From NCBI GenBank assembly GCA_963735595.1, contig CAVTLK010000005.1:256001-320000 (forward strand): 64,000 bases of DNA. Reading direction: 5' to 3'. Positions 30,352 to 41,758 of this stretch are shown here, piece after piece. A model generated the notes under the pieces. It saw only the letters and a list, made by a program, of their open reading frames with translations. It had not been told where the DNA came from and did no database searches. Made by a program: the position numbers and the translations under genes. Source of the DNA: an uncultured delta proteobacterium. GTDB taxonomy: Bacteria > Desulfobacterota > Zymogenia > Zymogenales > Zymogenaceae. Numbering within the stretch: position 1 is the stretch's first letter; each line of letters starts with the position of its first letter.

Positions 30352-30520
30352 GTGTGCCTCCACTGACAATATAAAAATTTAGTCATATTATGCACAATAC
30401 CGGTCATTTGTCAAACACCTTGTATCATCCGGGCGCCGCCCGGCACGCGGCAAAATCCTTTGACATAAGCGCCTGGTTTGGGTAGAGTTGAGCTATCCAT
30501 CATCCCATCGGGAGGGTACC

Positions 30521-31881
30521 ATGTCACCGTCGCGCACCAAGAGCCCGCTCTTCACCGGGCCCCTTACCATGACCGAAATCATCCTCTATAACCTGGCGGG
30601 GCTGGCGTTTAATGTCTACGACACCGTCCTTTATTCCTGGGTGAACTACTTCTACAACCCGCCGGAGGGGTCGGAGGCCGTGCGGTATCTTCCGGCCGCG
30701 GCCTTCACGATCGCCGCGATCCTCTTCGGGGGCAGGATCCTGGACGCCGTTACCGATCCGCTGATCGGCTACTGGAGCGACCACACGAAGACCCGCTGGG
30801 GGAGGCGAAAACCCTACATCTTTATCGCCAACCCGATCCTCTTCCTGGCGTTTATCTTCGTCTGGACGCCGCCGACCGCGGGCGCCAGCGCCGCGAATAT
30901 TATCTATCTTGCCGCGATCCTCTTCGTCTACTACTGGGCCTACACGGCCGTCTTGATCCCCTGGTTCGCGGTGCTGCCGGAGATGAGCCCCAAGAAAGAC
31001 GTCCGGGCCAAGATCGCGTCCATCGGGGTGGCCCTCGGTATCCTCGGCGCGTTGGTCGCCGGGGGGCTCTACGGTACGCTGATATCCAAGTTCGGGGTTT
31101 TCGTCATGGCGCTGATCCTGGGGGCGGTCGCCTTTATCGCCGGGGAGCTGTCGCTGTTGGGGATCAAGCAGCGCCACCGGATCGACGAGTCCGAAAAGCT
31201 CTCGGGCTTTTTTGCGGCGCTGAAGGAGGCCTTTGCCGACCGGCAGATATTCTCCTTTGCCGCGATGATCACGCTGGTGCAACTCACCTACCAGCTCATG
31301 CTGATGAACACACCGTACCTCGTTTCGCTCATCCTCAAGCGGCCCGATACCGATTCGTCGATCCTCATAGCCGAGGTGGTCATCGCGATGGCGATATCGA
31401 TCCCGCTCTGGTATTTCCTGGTCAAAAAATACCCCAAGCGGCAGGTCTTCCGCGGCGTGATCGTCGCCATGATCGCGGGGTTCGGGCTGAGCTACTTCAT
31501 CGGGGACTATCCGGTGCTCTCTCCCTTCGTCCAGGCGATGATTATCTTTCCCGATCGCGGCGATCCCGCTGGGCGGGGTCTTTTTGATGTCGCTCTTGTT
31601 GATCGCCGACCTCACCGACTACGGCGAGCTCAAGACGGGCAAGCGTAAGGAGGCGATCTACTTACGGCATATACGGCTTCGTGCGCAAGACCGGCTGGGC
31701 GTTCTCCGCGGTAATCCTCAACGCGGTGCTGGCGGTCTTCGGCTACAGCGCCGAAAACCCGACCGGGGTGAAGGTGGTCTGGGTGGTCTGCGCCGTCTCC
31801 TGCCTCGTGGGCCTGCTCCTCTTTATCCCCTACAAGCTCGGGGATACGAAGGAGGAGACGAAGAAGATTATGAAGATGTAG
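30521..31881 (+). CDS. MFS transporter, GPH/MelB-like; indels at ~31550 and ~31665
   Basis: GRILDAVTDPLIGYWSDHTKTRWGRRKPYI; ADLTDYGELKTGKRKEAIY. Confidence 0.9.
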
Positions 31882-32012
31882 CCGACAACGACGGCTGATA
31901 CTGCACCGAGGCCGGTTTTCGACCCCGTACGGCCGCGGGCTTGTGCCATGTAAAAAGAATCTCAGAATAAACCTTGATATTCGAATGATCAGCTAGGTGA
32001 GCGGGAAGTAAG

Positions 32013-33089
32013 ATGTCGAAAAGACCCTTTTCGGGGAGCATCGTACTGATACTGTCGGCCCTTCTTCTGGCCTTTATCCCTTCGGCTGCGGCAGGCGGTA
32101 TGGCGGTTTCGGACCATTACGACGGGTCCGTTTTCTTCAATCCCGAACCCGGTCATTCGTTTACCGATATGGTCAGGTGGCTCTGGGAGATGGAGCGGGT
32201 GCCGTGGCCCGATTGGGTCCAGGACCCCCCACAATCTCCGCCGCCGGAGCGTGTCTGCGGCAACGGGCTCCGGGTGACCTACATTAATCACGCGACGACC
32301 CTGATCCAGATGGAAGGAATCAATATTCTTACCGATCCGATCTGGTCGACACGGGCGGGTCCCGCCCCGTTTATCGGGCCCAGGAGGGTGCGGGCGCCCG
32401 GCGTGGCATTTGGGGACCTGCCGCCGATCGATTATGTCCTGATATCGCACGACCACTACGACCACCTGGATATCCCGACGGCCAAACGGTTGAAGGAGGC
32501 GCACGATCCGGTATTCATAACAGGTCTTGAAGTCGGCAGGTTCCTTCGGGCGCACGGGATAGATAACGTCGTCGAGCTGGACTGGTGGCAGTCGCATGTT
32601 TTAGGGGATGCCGGCGTCACGTTGACCTTTGTTCCGGCCATGCACAGCTCGGGTCGGGCGCCGTTCATGGAAGACAGGACGCTCTGGGGAGGATTTGTTA
32701 TCGATTCTGCGGGCGGGCAGGTCTATTTTGCCGGGGATACGGGCTACGGGGAGTTTATCAATGACATCGCCGCGCGGTTCGGCCGGATCAGGCTTGCCGT
32801 CATGCCGATCGGCAACTACGAGAAGCGGTGGTTCATGAAATCGCAGCACCTCAACCTGGATGACGCCGTCATGGCCCACCGGGCCCTCGGTGCCGGGACG
32901 AGCATCGGGATGCATTTCGCCACGTTTGCGGAACACCCCGAACAGTCCATAGACGCCCATGATAAGGACCTGGCCGACGCCCTGAAAAAATACGGCGTGC
33001 CGGTATATGAATTTCGGGTCCTCGAATTCGGTGAAGGTAGGGACATACCGCCCTTATCGGAGGATTTGGACGATAATGGGGGGCACTAG
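32013..33089 (+). CDS. secreted MBL-fold metallohydrolase (RomA/NAPE-PLD-like)
   Basis: SDHYDG..FFNP, ILTDPIWS, ISHDHYDHLD, YFAGDTGY, MPIGNYE. Confidence 0.9.
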   Translation: MSKRPFSGSIVLILSALLLAFIPSAAAGGMAVSDHYDGSVFFNPEPGHSFTDMVRWLWEMERVPWPDWVQDPPQSPPPERVCGNGLRVTYINHATTLIQMEGINILTDPIWSTRAGPAPFIGPRRVRAPGVAFGDLPPIDYVLISHDHYDHLDIPTAKRLKEAHDPVFITGLEVGRFLRAHGIDNVVELDWWQSHVLGDAGVTLTFVPAMHSSGRAPFMEDRTLWGGFVIDSAGGQVYFAGDTGYGEFINDIAARFGRIRLAVMPIGNYEKRWFMKSQHLNLDDAVMAHRALGAGTSIGMHFATFAEHPEQSIDAHDKDLADALKKYGVPVYEFRVLEFGEGRDIPPLSEDLDDNGGH

Positions 33090-33150
33090 TTCCGGGGTAT
33101 CGATCGGTTCATGACAGGAACCGGGCCAACGCTATCCTGCCGCCTTCCCT

Positions 33151-33582
33151 TCAGTGCATCATCCCCTCGTGCTCGTCCCAGAAAAAGGACTCCCGGGCCT
33201 TTTCGAGCCGTTCCATCTCGGTGATGAGAAACGAGACACGGGCCGCCAGCGTCGGGAAACGGCCGCGGCCTTTCTTCCTGAACAGCCGCTTTTCAAGCCG
33301 CCTGAGATTCTTGAGATCCTCTTCCTTGAAGGCCCACGCCGTCACCTTCTTCTGTACGCCGTCAAGGTAGGCCGTAATCCCGTCGCGCTCGATAATGGGG
33401 CGGGCAATGAGCGACAGGGGGATAAAGAGCGCCGCGAATAAGACCAGAAACAGGATAATCACGTAGACGAACTGCGCGTTCGGGCCGATAATAAACGCCG
33501 CGGCGGTAAACGACAGGATAACCGCCACAAAGGCGCCCATAGAGAGGATAAACTGGCCCGATATACGAAGGTGTCGTGACAT
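33151..33582 (-). CDS. hypothetical membrane protein with 2 TM helices; start uncertain
   Basis: two hydrophobic segments then a charged tail; fills the gap between known genes. Confidence 0.55.
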   Translation of the reverse strand: MSRHLRISGQFILSMGAFVAVILSFTAAAFIIGPNAQFVYVIILFLVLFAALFIPLSLIARPIIERDGITAYLDGVQKKVTAWAFKEEDLKNLRRLEKRLFRKKGRGRFPTLAARVSFLITEMERLEKARESFFWDEHEGMMH

Positions 33583-33798
33583 CACAGCCCTGTTCACGGT
33601 GCCGTACGGGACGCTGCGCACGGGCACGAAACACCCTGCCGCGTCCGCTATCCCATTCAGCCTGCGTGGGCGGCGGTTGCGCCGCCCGCACAGGTATCGC
33701 GATATAGATATGGGTGAGGGGTACGCCGTGTTTGAAAGACGGTGCTCAGCGCGGATAGTCTATCGGAAGCCTCACGGTCGGGCGCTCCGCCGGGGCGG

Positions 33799-34488
33799 TT
33801 AGTCCCGCCCGCCCAGCAGCCCCGCGCGAATCAGAAAGTAGATGAGCGTCAGGATGGCAGTGGCCGCAGCCGCCACGTAGGTCATCGCCGCCGCGGTAAG
33901 CACCTTTTTGGCCCCGGCGTGTTCCTCGGCCATGAGGATTCCCGAGGAGGATATCGCCGCCAGCGCCCGCCGGCTCGCGTTGATCTCCACCGGAAGCGTC
34001 ACGACCTGGAAGGCCACCACGGCCGTAAAGAGGACCACGCCGACCTTGATGAGCCCCACCGACCCTAATATCATTCCGCCGATCAACAGGAGCCACGAGA
34101 GATTGGAGCCGATGCTTGCCATCGGGACGATAGCGGTGCGCAGCTTCATCGGCGCGTAGCCTGCCGCGTCCTGGATGGCGTGGCCCGCCTCGTGGGCCGC
34201 AACCCCGATGGAGGCGACGGAATTTCCCTGGTAGACGTCCGGCGAAAGCCTGAGGACCTTTTTTGACGGATCGTAATGGTCGGACAGGAAACCACGGGTC
34301 GCTTCAATCTGGACGTTGTTGACGTTGGCGCTCCTCAGGACGCGGGCGGCCGCCTGGGCGCCCGTCAGCCCGGAGGCCGTGGCCACTTTCGAGTACTTCT
34401 TGAAGGCGCTCTTCACCCAGAACGAGGTAATCAGCGAAAAGATGAAGGCGGGCGCCATCAGGAGCAGATACACGGGATCAAATATCAT
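33799..34488 (-). CDS. putative neutral zinc metallopeptidase (YugP/Zn_peptidase_2)
   Basis: LSDHYDP, AAHEAGHAIQ, TLPVEINASRRA, AAAMTYVAA. Confidence 0.93.
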   Translation of the reverse strand: MIFDPVYLLLMAPAFIFSLITSFWVKSAFKKYSKVATASGLTGAQAAARVLRSANVNNVQIEATRGFLSDHYDPSKKVLRLSPDVYQGNSVASIGVAAHEAGHAIQDAAGYAPMKLRTAIVPMASIGSNLSWLLLIGGMILGSVGLIKVGVVLFTAVVAFQVVTLPVEINASRRALAAISSSGILMAEEHAGAKKVLTAAAMTYVAAAATAILTLIYFLIRAGLLGGRD

Positions 34489-34614
34489 CGGTACACCTCC
34501 TATACTTTATATAATGTAACGCTTTTCCCCCGATTGTCAAGCGATATCGGTATCGGCTCATGCTCATCCCCGGCCGAACCGGGGTCTTCACGGGGGGGGT
34601 GTCGGCCGATCGAC

Positions 34615-35371
34615 CTATCTTATATACCGCTCAATGAAGTCCGCCGATCGCATCCGTTTGCCGAGCTGGTGGTCGATAAACGAAAAAAGGGCCTCCCGGG
34701 TCTGGGAGATCGACGCGGGCGAAAGTGCAATGCGGGAGAGCCGGTCGGTCGTGACCTCGGTTGCCGCCGCAAGCGCCGTGACCGTCGCGCGGGCCAGCAT
34801 CACCGCCCTGTCCCTCGGCATCAGGCACGCGCCGCAGACCAGCCCCCCCGCCTCCGGGACAAAAAAGACATCCGCCGTGTTGACTAATAGGGGATTGACA
34901 GCGAACGCAGGCCGAAAAGAGGGGCGCGATACCCGATATCTTGAGGATCCTCAGGACAAAGAGCCACAGCAGGTTTTCCCGGCCTCCCCGCTCGTCCAGG
35001 AGGGACAGGAGGAGGGCCGCCGTCTCAAAGAGGTCCGTCGATCGCTGGGCCTCCGGGAAGAGCTCCCTGATCAGCTCGATGACGAACGCGGCATAGGCCA
35101 TCGATCGCAGGTCGTAGGTAAGCCTGCCGTGGGGATCGAGCAGCGACGCGTCTTCTATCAGGAACAGCTCCCTGCCCCTGGGCAGGTAATATTTCACCCG
35201 GATGACGTGTCCGAGGTCAAAGGTGTTGACGAACCGTCTCTTGCTCTTCTTGGCTGCCTTGGCGACGCCGACGATCCTTCCGGCGTCGCGCACCAGCAGC
35301 TCCACCAGCAGGTCGGACTCGCCCATGTCCCGGGTGCCGAGAACAACGGCATGCGATTCGCGCGATCTCAT
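34615..35371 (-). CDS. recO: DNA repair protein RecO; frameshift near 34860
   Basis: AVVLGTRDMGESDLLV, AKAAKKSKRRF, CVRC zinc finger; C-terminus in ORF 34615-34821; ATG overlaps the mgtE stop. Confidence 0.9.
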
Positions 35372-36717
35372 CTGAGGATGATCAGCGATGCAAGGGTGAA
35401 GTACATGAATATACTGAGAATGTCGGTTGTGGTGCTGATAAAAGGCCCCGAGGCTATGGCCGGGTCGACCCCGATTTTGTGGAGGGTGATGGGCACGAGC
35501 GTTCCCATGGCCGACGCAATGGTCATGGAGGCAAAGATACCGAGACCCACCACGAGCCAGAGTTTGACGATATCCAGATAGAGGTAGTGAGCGACGACCC
35601 CCAGGAGGACCCCGTAGGTGAGGCCCAGGATGATCCCCACCCTGAGCTCCCGAAAGAGGACGGTGCCCAGCCTCTTGACGTCGATGCTCCCGATAGCGAT
35701 ACCGCGGACTACCAGCGTCGAGGACTGGGCCGAGACGTTTCCCCCCATCCCGGCGATGACCGGCATGAAGGCGGCCAGCACTACCACCTCGGCCAGGGTT
35801 TCCCGGTAATACCCGATGATCAGGGAGACGAGCAATCCCCCGATCCAGCTGGCAAAGAGCCACGGGAGGCGCGTGCCGGCGCTCCTGAGGACCGACGACG
35901 ACCAGGCATGCTCGTCGTCCGTGGCGCCGGCGAGTTTGATAATATCCTCGGTGGCCTCCTCTTCGAGGACGTCCACCACGTCGTCGACGGTGATCCGCCC
36001 GACGAGCTTGCCGGACCCGTCCACTACCGGCACGGCTACGAGGTCATACTTCTTCACGATCCGGGCGACCTCCTCCTGGTCGAGATCGACGGCCACCGAG
36101 ATCGGGTCCTTTTCCATGACGGTCGAAACCGTAGCCTTCGGGGAGGCCAGTATGAGCTTACGCAGGGGGAGGACACCCATGAGTTTTCCCCTCCGGTCGG
36201 TGACATAGACGCTGTGGATATCCTCCACCTCGCCGGACATCTCCCGGACCTCTTCGATGGCCGAGGCGACGCTTTCGTCCTGGCGGACGGATGCCAGCTC
36301 CGTCTGCATGATGCCGCCGGCGGACTCCTCGTCGTAGCGCATGAGCTTCTGGATCTCCTCGGCGTCTTCGTCGCTGATTCGATCCAGGACTTCCTTGGCC
36401 TGGTCGTCGGGCAGCTCCTCGATAATATCGGCCGCGTCGTCCGATTCGAGGTCGTCGACGATCTCCGAAAGCCGCTTGGTCTGGATGTCCTTCAGGATCA
36501 GGTCGCGGGTGGCGTCGTCCAGCTCAACGATGACATCGGCCGCGGTCTTGGTGTCCAGAACGGAAAAGACGAGCTTCTTTTCGTGCGGCAGGAGAAACTG
36601 GAGGAACTCGGCGATGTCGGCCGGGTGGTAGAGCCCCAGCTCCGTGATCAGGTCCCGGATATCGTCATCGTCCAGGAGCTCCAGCAGTTTCTTTTGTTTT
36701 TCTACCGGGGTGCTCAT
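35368..36717 (-). CDS. mgtE: magnesium transporter MgtE
   Basis: HPADIAE, CBS pair, RLPWL, GMGGNVSAQS, DPAIASGPFISTTTD. Confidence 0.96.
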   Translation of the reverse strand: MSTPVEKQKKLLELLDDDDIRDLITELGLYHPADIAEFLQFLLPHEKKLVFSVLDTKTAADVIVELDDATRDLILKDIQTKRLSEIVDDLESDDAADIIEELPDDQAKEVLDRISDEDAEEIQKLMRYDEESAGGIMQTELASVRQDESVASAIEEVREMSGEVEDIHSVYVTDRRGKLMGVLPLRKLILASPKATVSTVMEKDPISVAVDLDQEEVARIVKKYDLVAVPVVDGSGKLVGRITVDDVVDVLEEEATEDIIKLAGATDDEHAWSSSVLRSAGTRLPWLFASWIGGLLVSLIIGYYRETLAEVVVLAAFMPVIAGMGGNVSAQSSTLVVRGIAIGSIDVKRLGTVLFRELRVGIILGLTYGVLLGVVAHYLYLDIVKLWLVVGLGIFASMTIASAMGTLVPITLHKIGVDPAIASGPFISTTTDILSIFMYFTLASLIILR

Positions 36718-36953
36718 AGCCAACACCATCGGAACGTCAACCGGGACGTTAGTTGGATACGAAGTAGGATGGGATCAGAGTAAAAAACTAATCCTCAATA
36801 CTTTTACACGATACCGACCGAAAGTCAAGGCTAAAAACCCGCCGAAGGCAGCCGAACGGAGGCACGGTACGCCGCCGACGCCAAAAATTATGGACACCGT
36901 AAGTGATCTGTGATATGTGTTACTGACCGGGTAACGGTGGGTCGGGAGGAACC

Positions 36954-37807
36954 GTGAAAAAAGTCGGCATCATTGCCAAGAAAAACAAGAAAGAGGCCGC
37001 ACAGATCGTTGCCGAGATCGCCCCGTGGCTTACCGAGAAAGGGGTCGTGCCTCTCATTGACCGCGAGACGGCCGCAAAGGCCGGGCTCTCGTCCGAGTTG
37101 AGCCCGGAGGAGATTCCGGCGCAGGCCGACGGCATGATCGTCCTGGGCGGCGACGGGACCCTGCTGTACGCGGCGCGCCTCATGGGGGACCGCGAGATAC
37201 CGATCCTCGGCGTCAATCTTGGAAGCCTCGGCTTTCTGACCGACGTGGCGGCGCCGGAGCTCAAAGACACGCTGCAGCGCTTTATCTCGGGCAACGTTAC
37301 GGTCGGGGAGCGGATGATGCTCGATGCCGTGGTAGAAGACGGGTCCGGGATGACGGAGACCTTTTCGGTGCTCAACGACGTGGTCATCAACAAGGGGAAC
37401 CTCTCCCGGACGATCCGGCTGCAGGCGTGGGTCAACGGGGCGTTCCTCACCGTCTTTAACGGCGACGGGCTCATCATCGCCACGCCGACCGGCTCCACGG
37501 CCTATTCGCTGTCGGCCGGCGGGCCGATCGTCCACCCGACACTGTGTGCCGTCATCATTACCCCGATCTGCCCCCACCTCCTGACGAACCGCCCGATTGT
37601 CGTGCCGGAATCCTCGGTGGTGGAGGTCAAGCTCGTCTCGGGCGACGGCAACGTCTCGGTCACGCTCGACGGCCAGGTGGGCAGCCGAGTTTTCCGAGCA
37701 CCATCGCCTTACCGTCCGCAAATCGGCGCAGTAAGATCCTCCTCGTGGAGCCGCCGGATCGGGACCACTTCGAGATACTCAGGACGAAACTGAACTGGGG
37801 AAGGTAA
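36954..37807 (+). CDS. nadK: NAD kinase; indels near 37690-37730
   Basis: LGGDGT, GVNLGSLGFL, LND, DGLIIATPTGSTAYSLSAGGP, DGQ; ends LRTKLNWGR in another frame. Confidence 0.93.
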
Positions 37808-37813
37808 TGCGGT

Positions 37814-39514
37814 ATGCTCATTGACCTTTCCATACGCAATTTTGCCATTATCGATGAGCTAACGGTGACCTTTTCCCGCGGCCTGAACGTCGTTTCGGGC
37901 GAGACGGGGGCGGGCAAATCCATCATCATCAATGCCGTGAACCTCATCCTCGGCGACCGGGCGGCCGGCGACCTGATACGCACCGGCTGCGACGAGGCGG
38001 TGGTGGAAGCGGTCTTTACCTTGCCCGACCATAACCCAATCCACGAGTTCCTCTTCGAAAAGGGGATCGATAACACGGCCGAGGGGCTCATCATCAGGCG
38101 GGTCATTTCACGCGCGGGGAAAAACCGGGTTTTCATCAACGGCGCGCAGATAACGCTGGCCACCCTCGGCGAGGTCGGTGAGGAGCTCATCAGCATCTCC
38201 GGCCAGCACGAACACCAGACGCTGCTGGTGCCGGACCGCCACATTGACATCATCGACGCCTACAAGCGGCTGATCCCGATGCGCCAGGAGGTCGCCGCGG
38301 GCGTAAAGAGGCTCAAGGGGCTCTTGGAGGAATTCCGGTCCCACTCGATGAGTGAGGAAGAAAAGGCGCGCCGGATCGATTTTCTGAAATTCCAGATCGC
38401 AGAGATCGAGGAGGCAAAGCTCGTCGCAGGGCAGGAGGAAGAACACAAGAGCGAGCGGGACCTGCTGGTCAACGCCGAAAAGCTCTTTCGGAGCGCCGAG
38501 GAGGCCCACGAGCTCCTCTACGGTATGGAGGGGTCGGCGGCCGAGCGGATCGGGGCGGCGGTGGCCAGGCTCAAGGAAATCGCCGAGATCGACAAGGGGC
38601 TTGCCGGGCAGGTCGAATCGCTGGCGGGCGCGCTCTACGCCGTTCAGGACGCGGGCAAGGAGTTCTCGGCTTATGCCTCGCGCGTCTCGTTTGATCCCGG
38701 GCGCCTGGAAGAGCTTGAGGCGAGGCTCAAGCTGATCGGCAGCCTCAAAAAGAAATACGGCAGCACCGTCCAGGAGGTGCTGGACTTCCTCGATCGCGCC
38801 AGAGCCGAGTTTTCGGGAATCGAGCGGGGCGAGGAGCGCATTGAAGAGCTCAAGCGCGAGATCGACGCGGAAAAGAAGCGGACGCTTGCGCTGGCGCTCA
38901 CGCTCTCGGAAGAGCGCGCCCAGGCCGGCCGCGAGTTTGCGGCCGCGGTCGAGGCGGAGGTTGCCTCACTCAATATGACCGGGACGCGGCTCGCCGTCTC
39001 GATGAAGCGGATGGAAGCGGGGCCCTCCGACGACCTTTCGGCAGACGGGCTCATCCTCACGCCCCGGGGGGTAGACAAGGTCGAGTTTCTCATCTCTCCA
39101 AACGTTGGAGAGGAGCCGCGCGCGATGGCCCGAATCGCCTCGGGGGGCGAGCTTTCGAGGATACTGCTGGCCATCAAAAAGACGCTTGCCGCCACGCAGG
39201 TCATCCCCACGCTGATCTTTGACGAGGTGGATGCCGGTATCGGCGGCGCCACGGCCGAGGTCGTCGGGAAGAAGCTAAAAGAGGTTTCGGGCTATCAGCA
39301 GGTCATCTGTATTACGCACCTGGCCCAGATCGCCGGCTTTGCCGACACCCACTACACGGTGGCGAAATCCGCCAGGGAGGGCAGGACCGTGACCAGCATG
39401 GAGCGGCTCTCGGCCGACGAACGGGTGATGGAGATCGCCCGGATGCTCTCGGGAGAAAAGATCACCGAGACCACCATCAATCACGCGAAAGAGATCATCC
39501 AGACATCCCGGTAG
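37814..39514 (+). CDS. recN: DNA repair protein RecN
   Basis: SGETGAGKS, GQHEHQ, ASGGELSR, FDEVDAGIGG, ITHLAQIA. Confidence 0.97.
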   Translation: MLIDLSIRNFAIIDELTVTFSRGLNVVSGETGAGKSIIINAVNLILGDRAAGDLIRTGCDEAVVEAVFTLPDHNPIHEFLFEKGIDNTAEGLIIRRVISRAGKNRVFINGAQITLATLGEVGEELISISGQHEHQTLLVPDRHIDIIDAYKRLIPMRQEVAAGVKRLKGLLEEFRSHSMSEEEKARRIDFLKFQIAEIEEAKLVAGQEEEHKSERDLLVNAEKLFRSAEEAHELLYGMEGSAAERIGAAVARLKEIAEIDKGLAGQVESLAGALYAVQDAGKEFSAYASRVSFDPGRLEELEARLKLIGSLKKKYGSTVQEVLDFLDRARAEFSGIERGEERIEELKREIDAEKKRTLALALTLSEERAQAGREFAAAVEAEVASLNMTGTRLAVSMKRMEAGPSDDLSADGLILTPRGVDKVEFLISPNVGEEPRAMARIASGGELSRILLAIKKTLAATQVIPTLIFDEVDAGIGGATAEVVGKKLKEVSGYQQVICITHLAQIAGFADTHYTVAKSAREGRTVTSMERLSADERVMEIARMLSGEKITETTINHAKEIIQTSR

Positions 39515-39639
39515 ACATGGTACGGGGTTCGCCGCCGGAGCGGGTATCCCCGCCGGGACGGTGAGGGACGGGATACCTATCGAGAAACGACTAATTATCA
39601 CAATCGGATTGGATTACGGATACACGACAGCAGGACACC

Positions 39640-40096
39640 ATGATACGGAAAGCGAAGGTTCAGGACATTCAGGCAATCAAGAAGCTCATCGAGCCCTATG
39701 GTAAAAACGGCGTGATGCTGCCGGTATCTCTGGCGGAGCTCTACGACCGGCTGCGCTCGTTTTTTTTATATGAAGACGAAGCGGGCGCGATCGTCGGAGT
39801 GGCGGCGCTGCACGTCACCTGGGACGACCTGGCCGAGATCAGGTCGCTCGCGGTCGGCAAGGAGCACAAGAAACAGGGGATTGGAAGGCGGCTCGTCGAA
39901 AGCTGCATGGGCGAAGCCAAGGCGCTGGGCGTGGGCCGGGTCTTCGTACTGACCTACATCCCCGAGTTCTTCACGCAGGGTCGGGTTTGCCGAGTTCGAC
40001 AAGGCCAGGCTCCCGCACAAGGTCTGGTCGGAATGCCTCAAGTGCACGAAGTTCCCGGAATGCGACGAGACGGCGATGCTCAGGAAGATCGGGTAA
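39640..40096 (+). CDS. GNAT N-acetyltransferase (short ArgA-like amino-acid acetyltransferase); frameshift near 39978
   Basis: LAEIRSLAV, QGIGRRLV, VFVLTY, then LPHKVWSECLKCTKFPECDETAM in the next frame. Confidence 0.85.
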
Positions 40097-40190
40097 AGGT
40101 TGTCTCCAAATCATCGGATGGATATATACACATAGGCTCACATAGGTCCGCCGCCGGCGGGCTATCATACTGTATGGCAGGGAGGAGAGC

Positions 40191-41537
40191 ATGAAACGGA
40201 TGAGTGTGGATGTCGCAATCGTCGGCGGCGGTACGGCGGGTTCGTACACGGCCTGGCGGCTGGCGCAGCGGGGATACTCGGTCGTGGTCGTCGAGAAGCA
40301 GAAGCGGGGGACCCTCGGCGAGAACATCGGCATCTTCCACATGGACGAAATAAGATTTGCCCAGTTCGATATACCGCTGCCCGAAGGTAAGGAGCTCATC
40401 GGACGTCATGAAACGGGCCTGGCCTGGCCGCCGGACGGCGACGCTACCAAGACCGTCCGCTACACCTTCCTGGTCATGGAGCTGCCCCTGTTTATCCGCC
40501 GCCTCCAGAAATACGCCGAGGAGGCCGGCGCCGACTATCTCTTCGGCACCTCGTGCGAGAGGGCGGTGGTCTCGGGCGATAAGGTCATCGGGGTGAAGGT
40601 CGCCAGGGGCAAGGAGACCGTCGAAATACTGGCAAATGTCGTCGTGGACGCCTCGGGGGTGGACTCGGCCGTCCGCAAAACGCTTCCCGACCGCCTGGGG
40701 CTGGAGACCGATGCCATCAGGCCGACGGATTTCCTCTACGTCATCCTCCAGTACTGGGACAACGTCGAGGAAAAGAAGACCGGCACGTTCCCCTCCGGCC
40801 TCAACTTCTACCCCTTTCACAAGGCCTTCATCAACCCGAGCTACGGCGACGGCGCGATCGTCGGGATCGGCCAGCCGGAGCGGCTGAAGCTTGCCGAAAA
40901 GGTCCAGAACGAGTTCCTGGCCGAGCGTTTTCCCAACGTCAAACATACGCTGGTCAAGAAGACCTGGGGACGCACCCCCTACCGGCGGCCGCCCTTTTCC
41001 CTCGTTTCCGACGGCTTCATGACCGTGGGGGACGCGGCCTTCATGACCAAGCCTTTCTCGGGGGAGGGCGTTACGTCCGGGTTCACGGCCTGCCAGATCG
41101 CCGTGGAGACGATCGACACGGCGATTAAAAACGGCGACGTATCCAAGGCCGCGCTCTGGCCCCTCAACCACCGCTATTTCACCGACCAGGGGGCAAAGTT
41201 CGCCGGGCTCTTCGCCCAGCTCCCGGCGGCGGCCGAGCTTTCCCGGAGCGACGTGAACTACCTCTTCACAAAGGACATCATCTTTTCCTCCTTTGACTTC
41301 GAGTCGATGAACACCGATTTCGAGGTGAAGATGGGGCTGGGCAGGCTCATCTCCGTTGCCGCAAAGCTCATCGGGGGCAGGCTTACCGGCGGGCTCTCCA
41401 AGGAGGGATTTAAGGCGCTGATGGCCGCGATGGGAATCGCGGGCAAGGTCAGGAAGCACTACGAGGCCTACCCGAAGAACCCCGCGCGGTTTGCGAAGTG
41501 GGAGAAAAAGGCCAAGAAGCTCTGGGGAGAAGAATAG
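40191..41537 (+). CDS. geranylgeranyl-reductase-like FAD-dependent oxidoreductase
   Basis: DVAIVGGGTAG, VVDASG, VGDAAFMTKPFSGEG. Confidence 0.85.
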   Translation: MKRMSVDVAIVGGGTAGSYTAWRLAQRGYSVVVVEKQKRGTLGENIGIFHMDEIRFAQFDIPLPEGKELIGRHETGLAWPPDGDATKTVRYTFLVMELPLFIRRLQKYAEEAGADYLFGTSCERAVVSGDKVIGVKVARGKETVEILANVVVDASGVDSAVRKTLPDRLGLETDAIRPTDFLYVILQYWDNVEEKKTGTFPSGLNFYPFHKAFINPSYGDGAIVGIGQPERLKLAEKVQNEFLAERFPNVKHTLVKKTWGRTPYRRPPFSLVSDGFMTVGDAAFMTKPFSGEGVTSGFTACQIAVETIDTAIKNGDVSKAALWPLNHRYFTDQGAKFAGLFAQLPAAAELSRSDVNYLFTKDIIFSSFDFESMNTDFEVKMGLGRLISVAAKLIGGRLTGGLSKEGFKALMAAMGIAGKVRKHYEAYPKNPARFAKWEKKAKKLWGEE

Positions 41538-41573
41538 CTAAAATATCCCATTGTATGTATTAAAATTAGCGCT

Positions 41574-41674
41574 GTCATTGCGAGGGTGCTACTGTGCGAT
41601 GGGTGGCACCGGCGAAGCGAAGCTTGCCGGTGTCCCTCCCTCACGGGCAACCTGCCGGTTCGCCCGTGCCACCC
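41574..41674. repeat. truncated CGTC repeat plus GGTGG-tagged REP inverted doublet
   Basis: GTCATTGCGAG (41574-84); GGGTGG-CACCGGC..GCCGGTG (41601-32); CACGGGC..GCCCGTG-CCACCC (41642-74). Confidence 0.85.
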
Positions 41675-41677
41675 ACC

Positions 41678-41725
41678 GCGAAGTGGGAGAAGAAGGCCAG
41701 GAAATTGTGGAGGGAGCGGTCATAA
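41678..41725 (+). pseudogene. duplicated, diverged 3' end of the oxidoreductase gene
   Basis: encodes AKWEKKARKLWRERS* versus AKWEKKAKKLWGEE* at 41493-41537; 28/33 nt identical over the first 11 codons. Confidence 0.75.
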
Positions 41726-41758
41726 GAAGGTTAGTCTTTACGATTCCAGGAGGATAAT

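Noticed and set aside
36730..36953. M-box riboswitch upstream of mgtE
   Set aside because: No recognisable structure, and the space is shared with the divergent nadK promoter.
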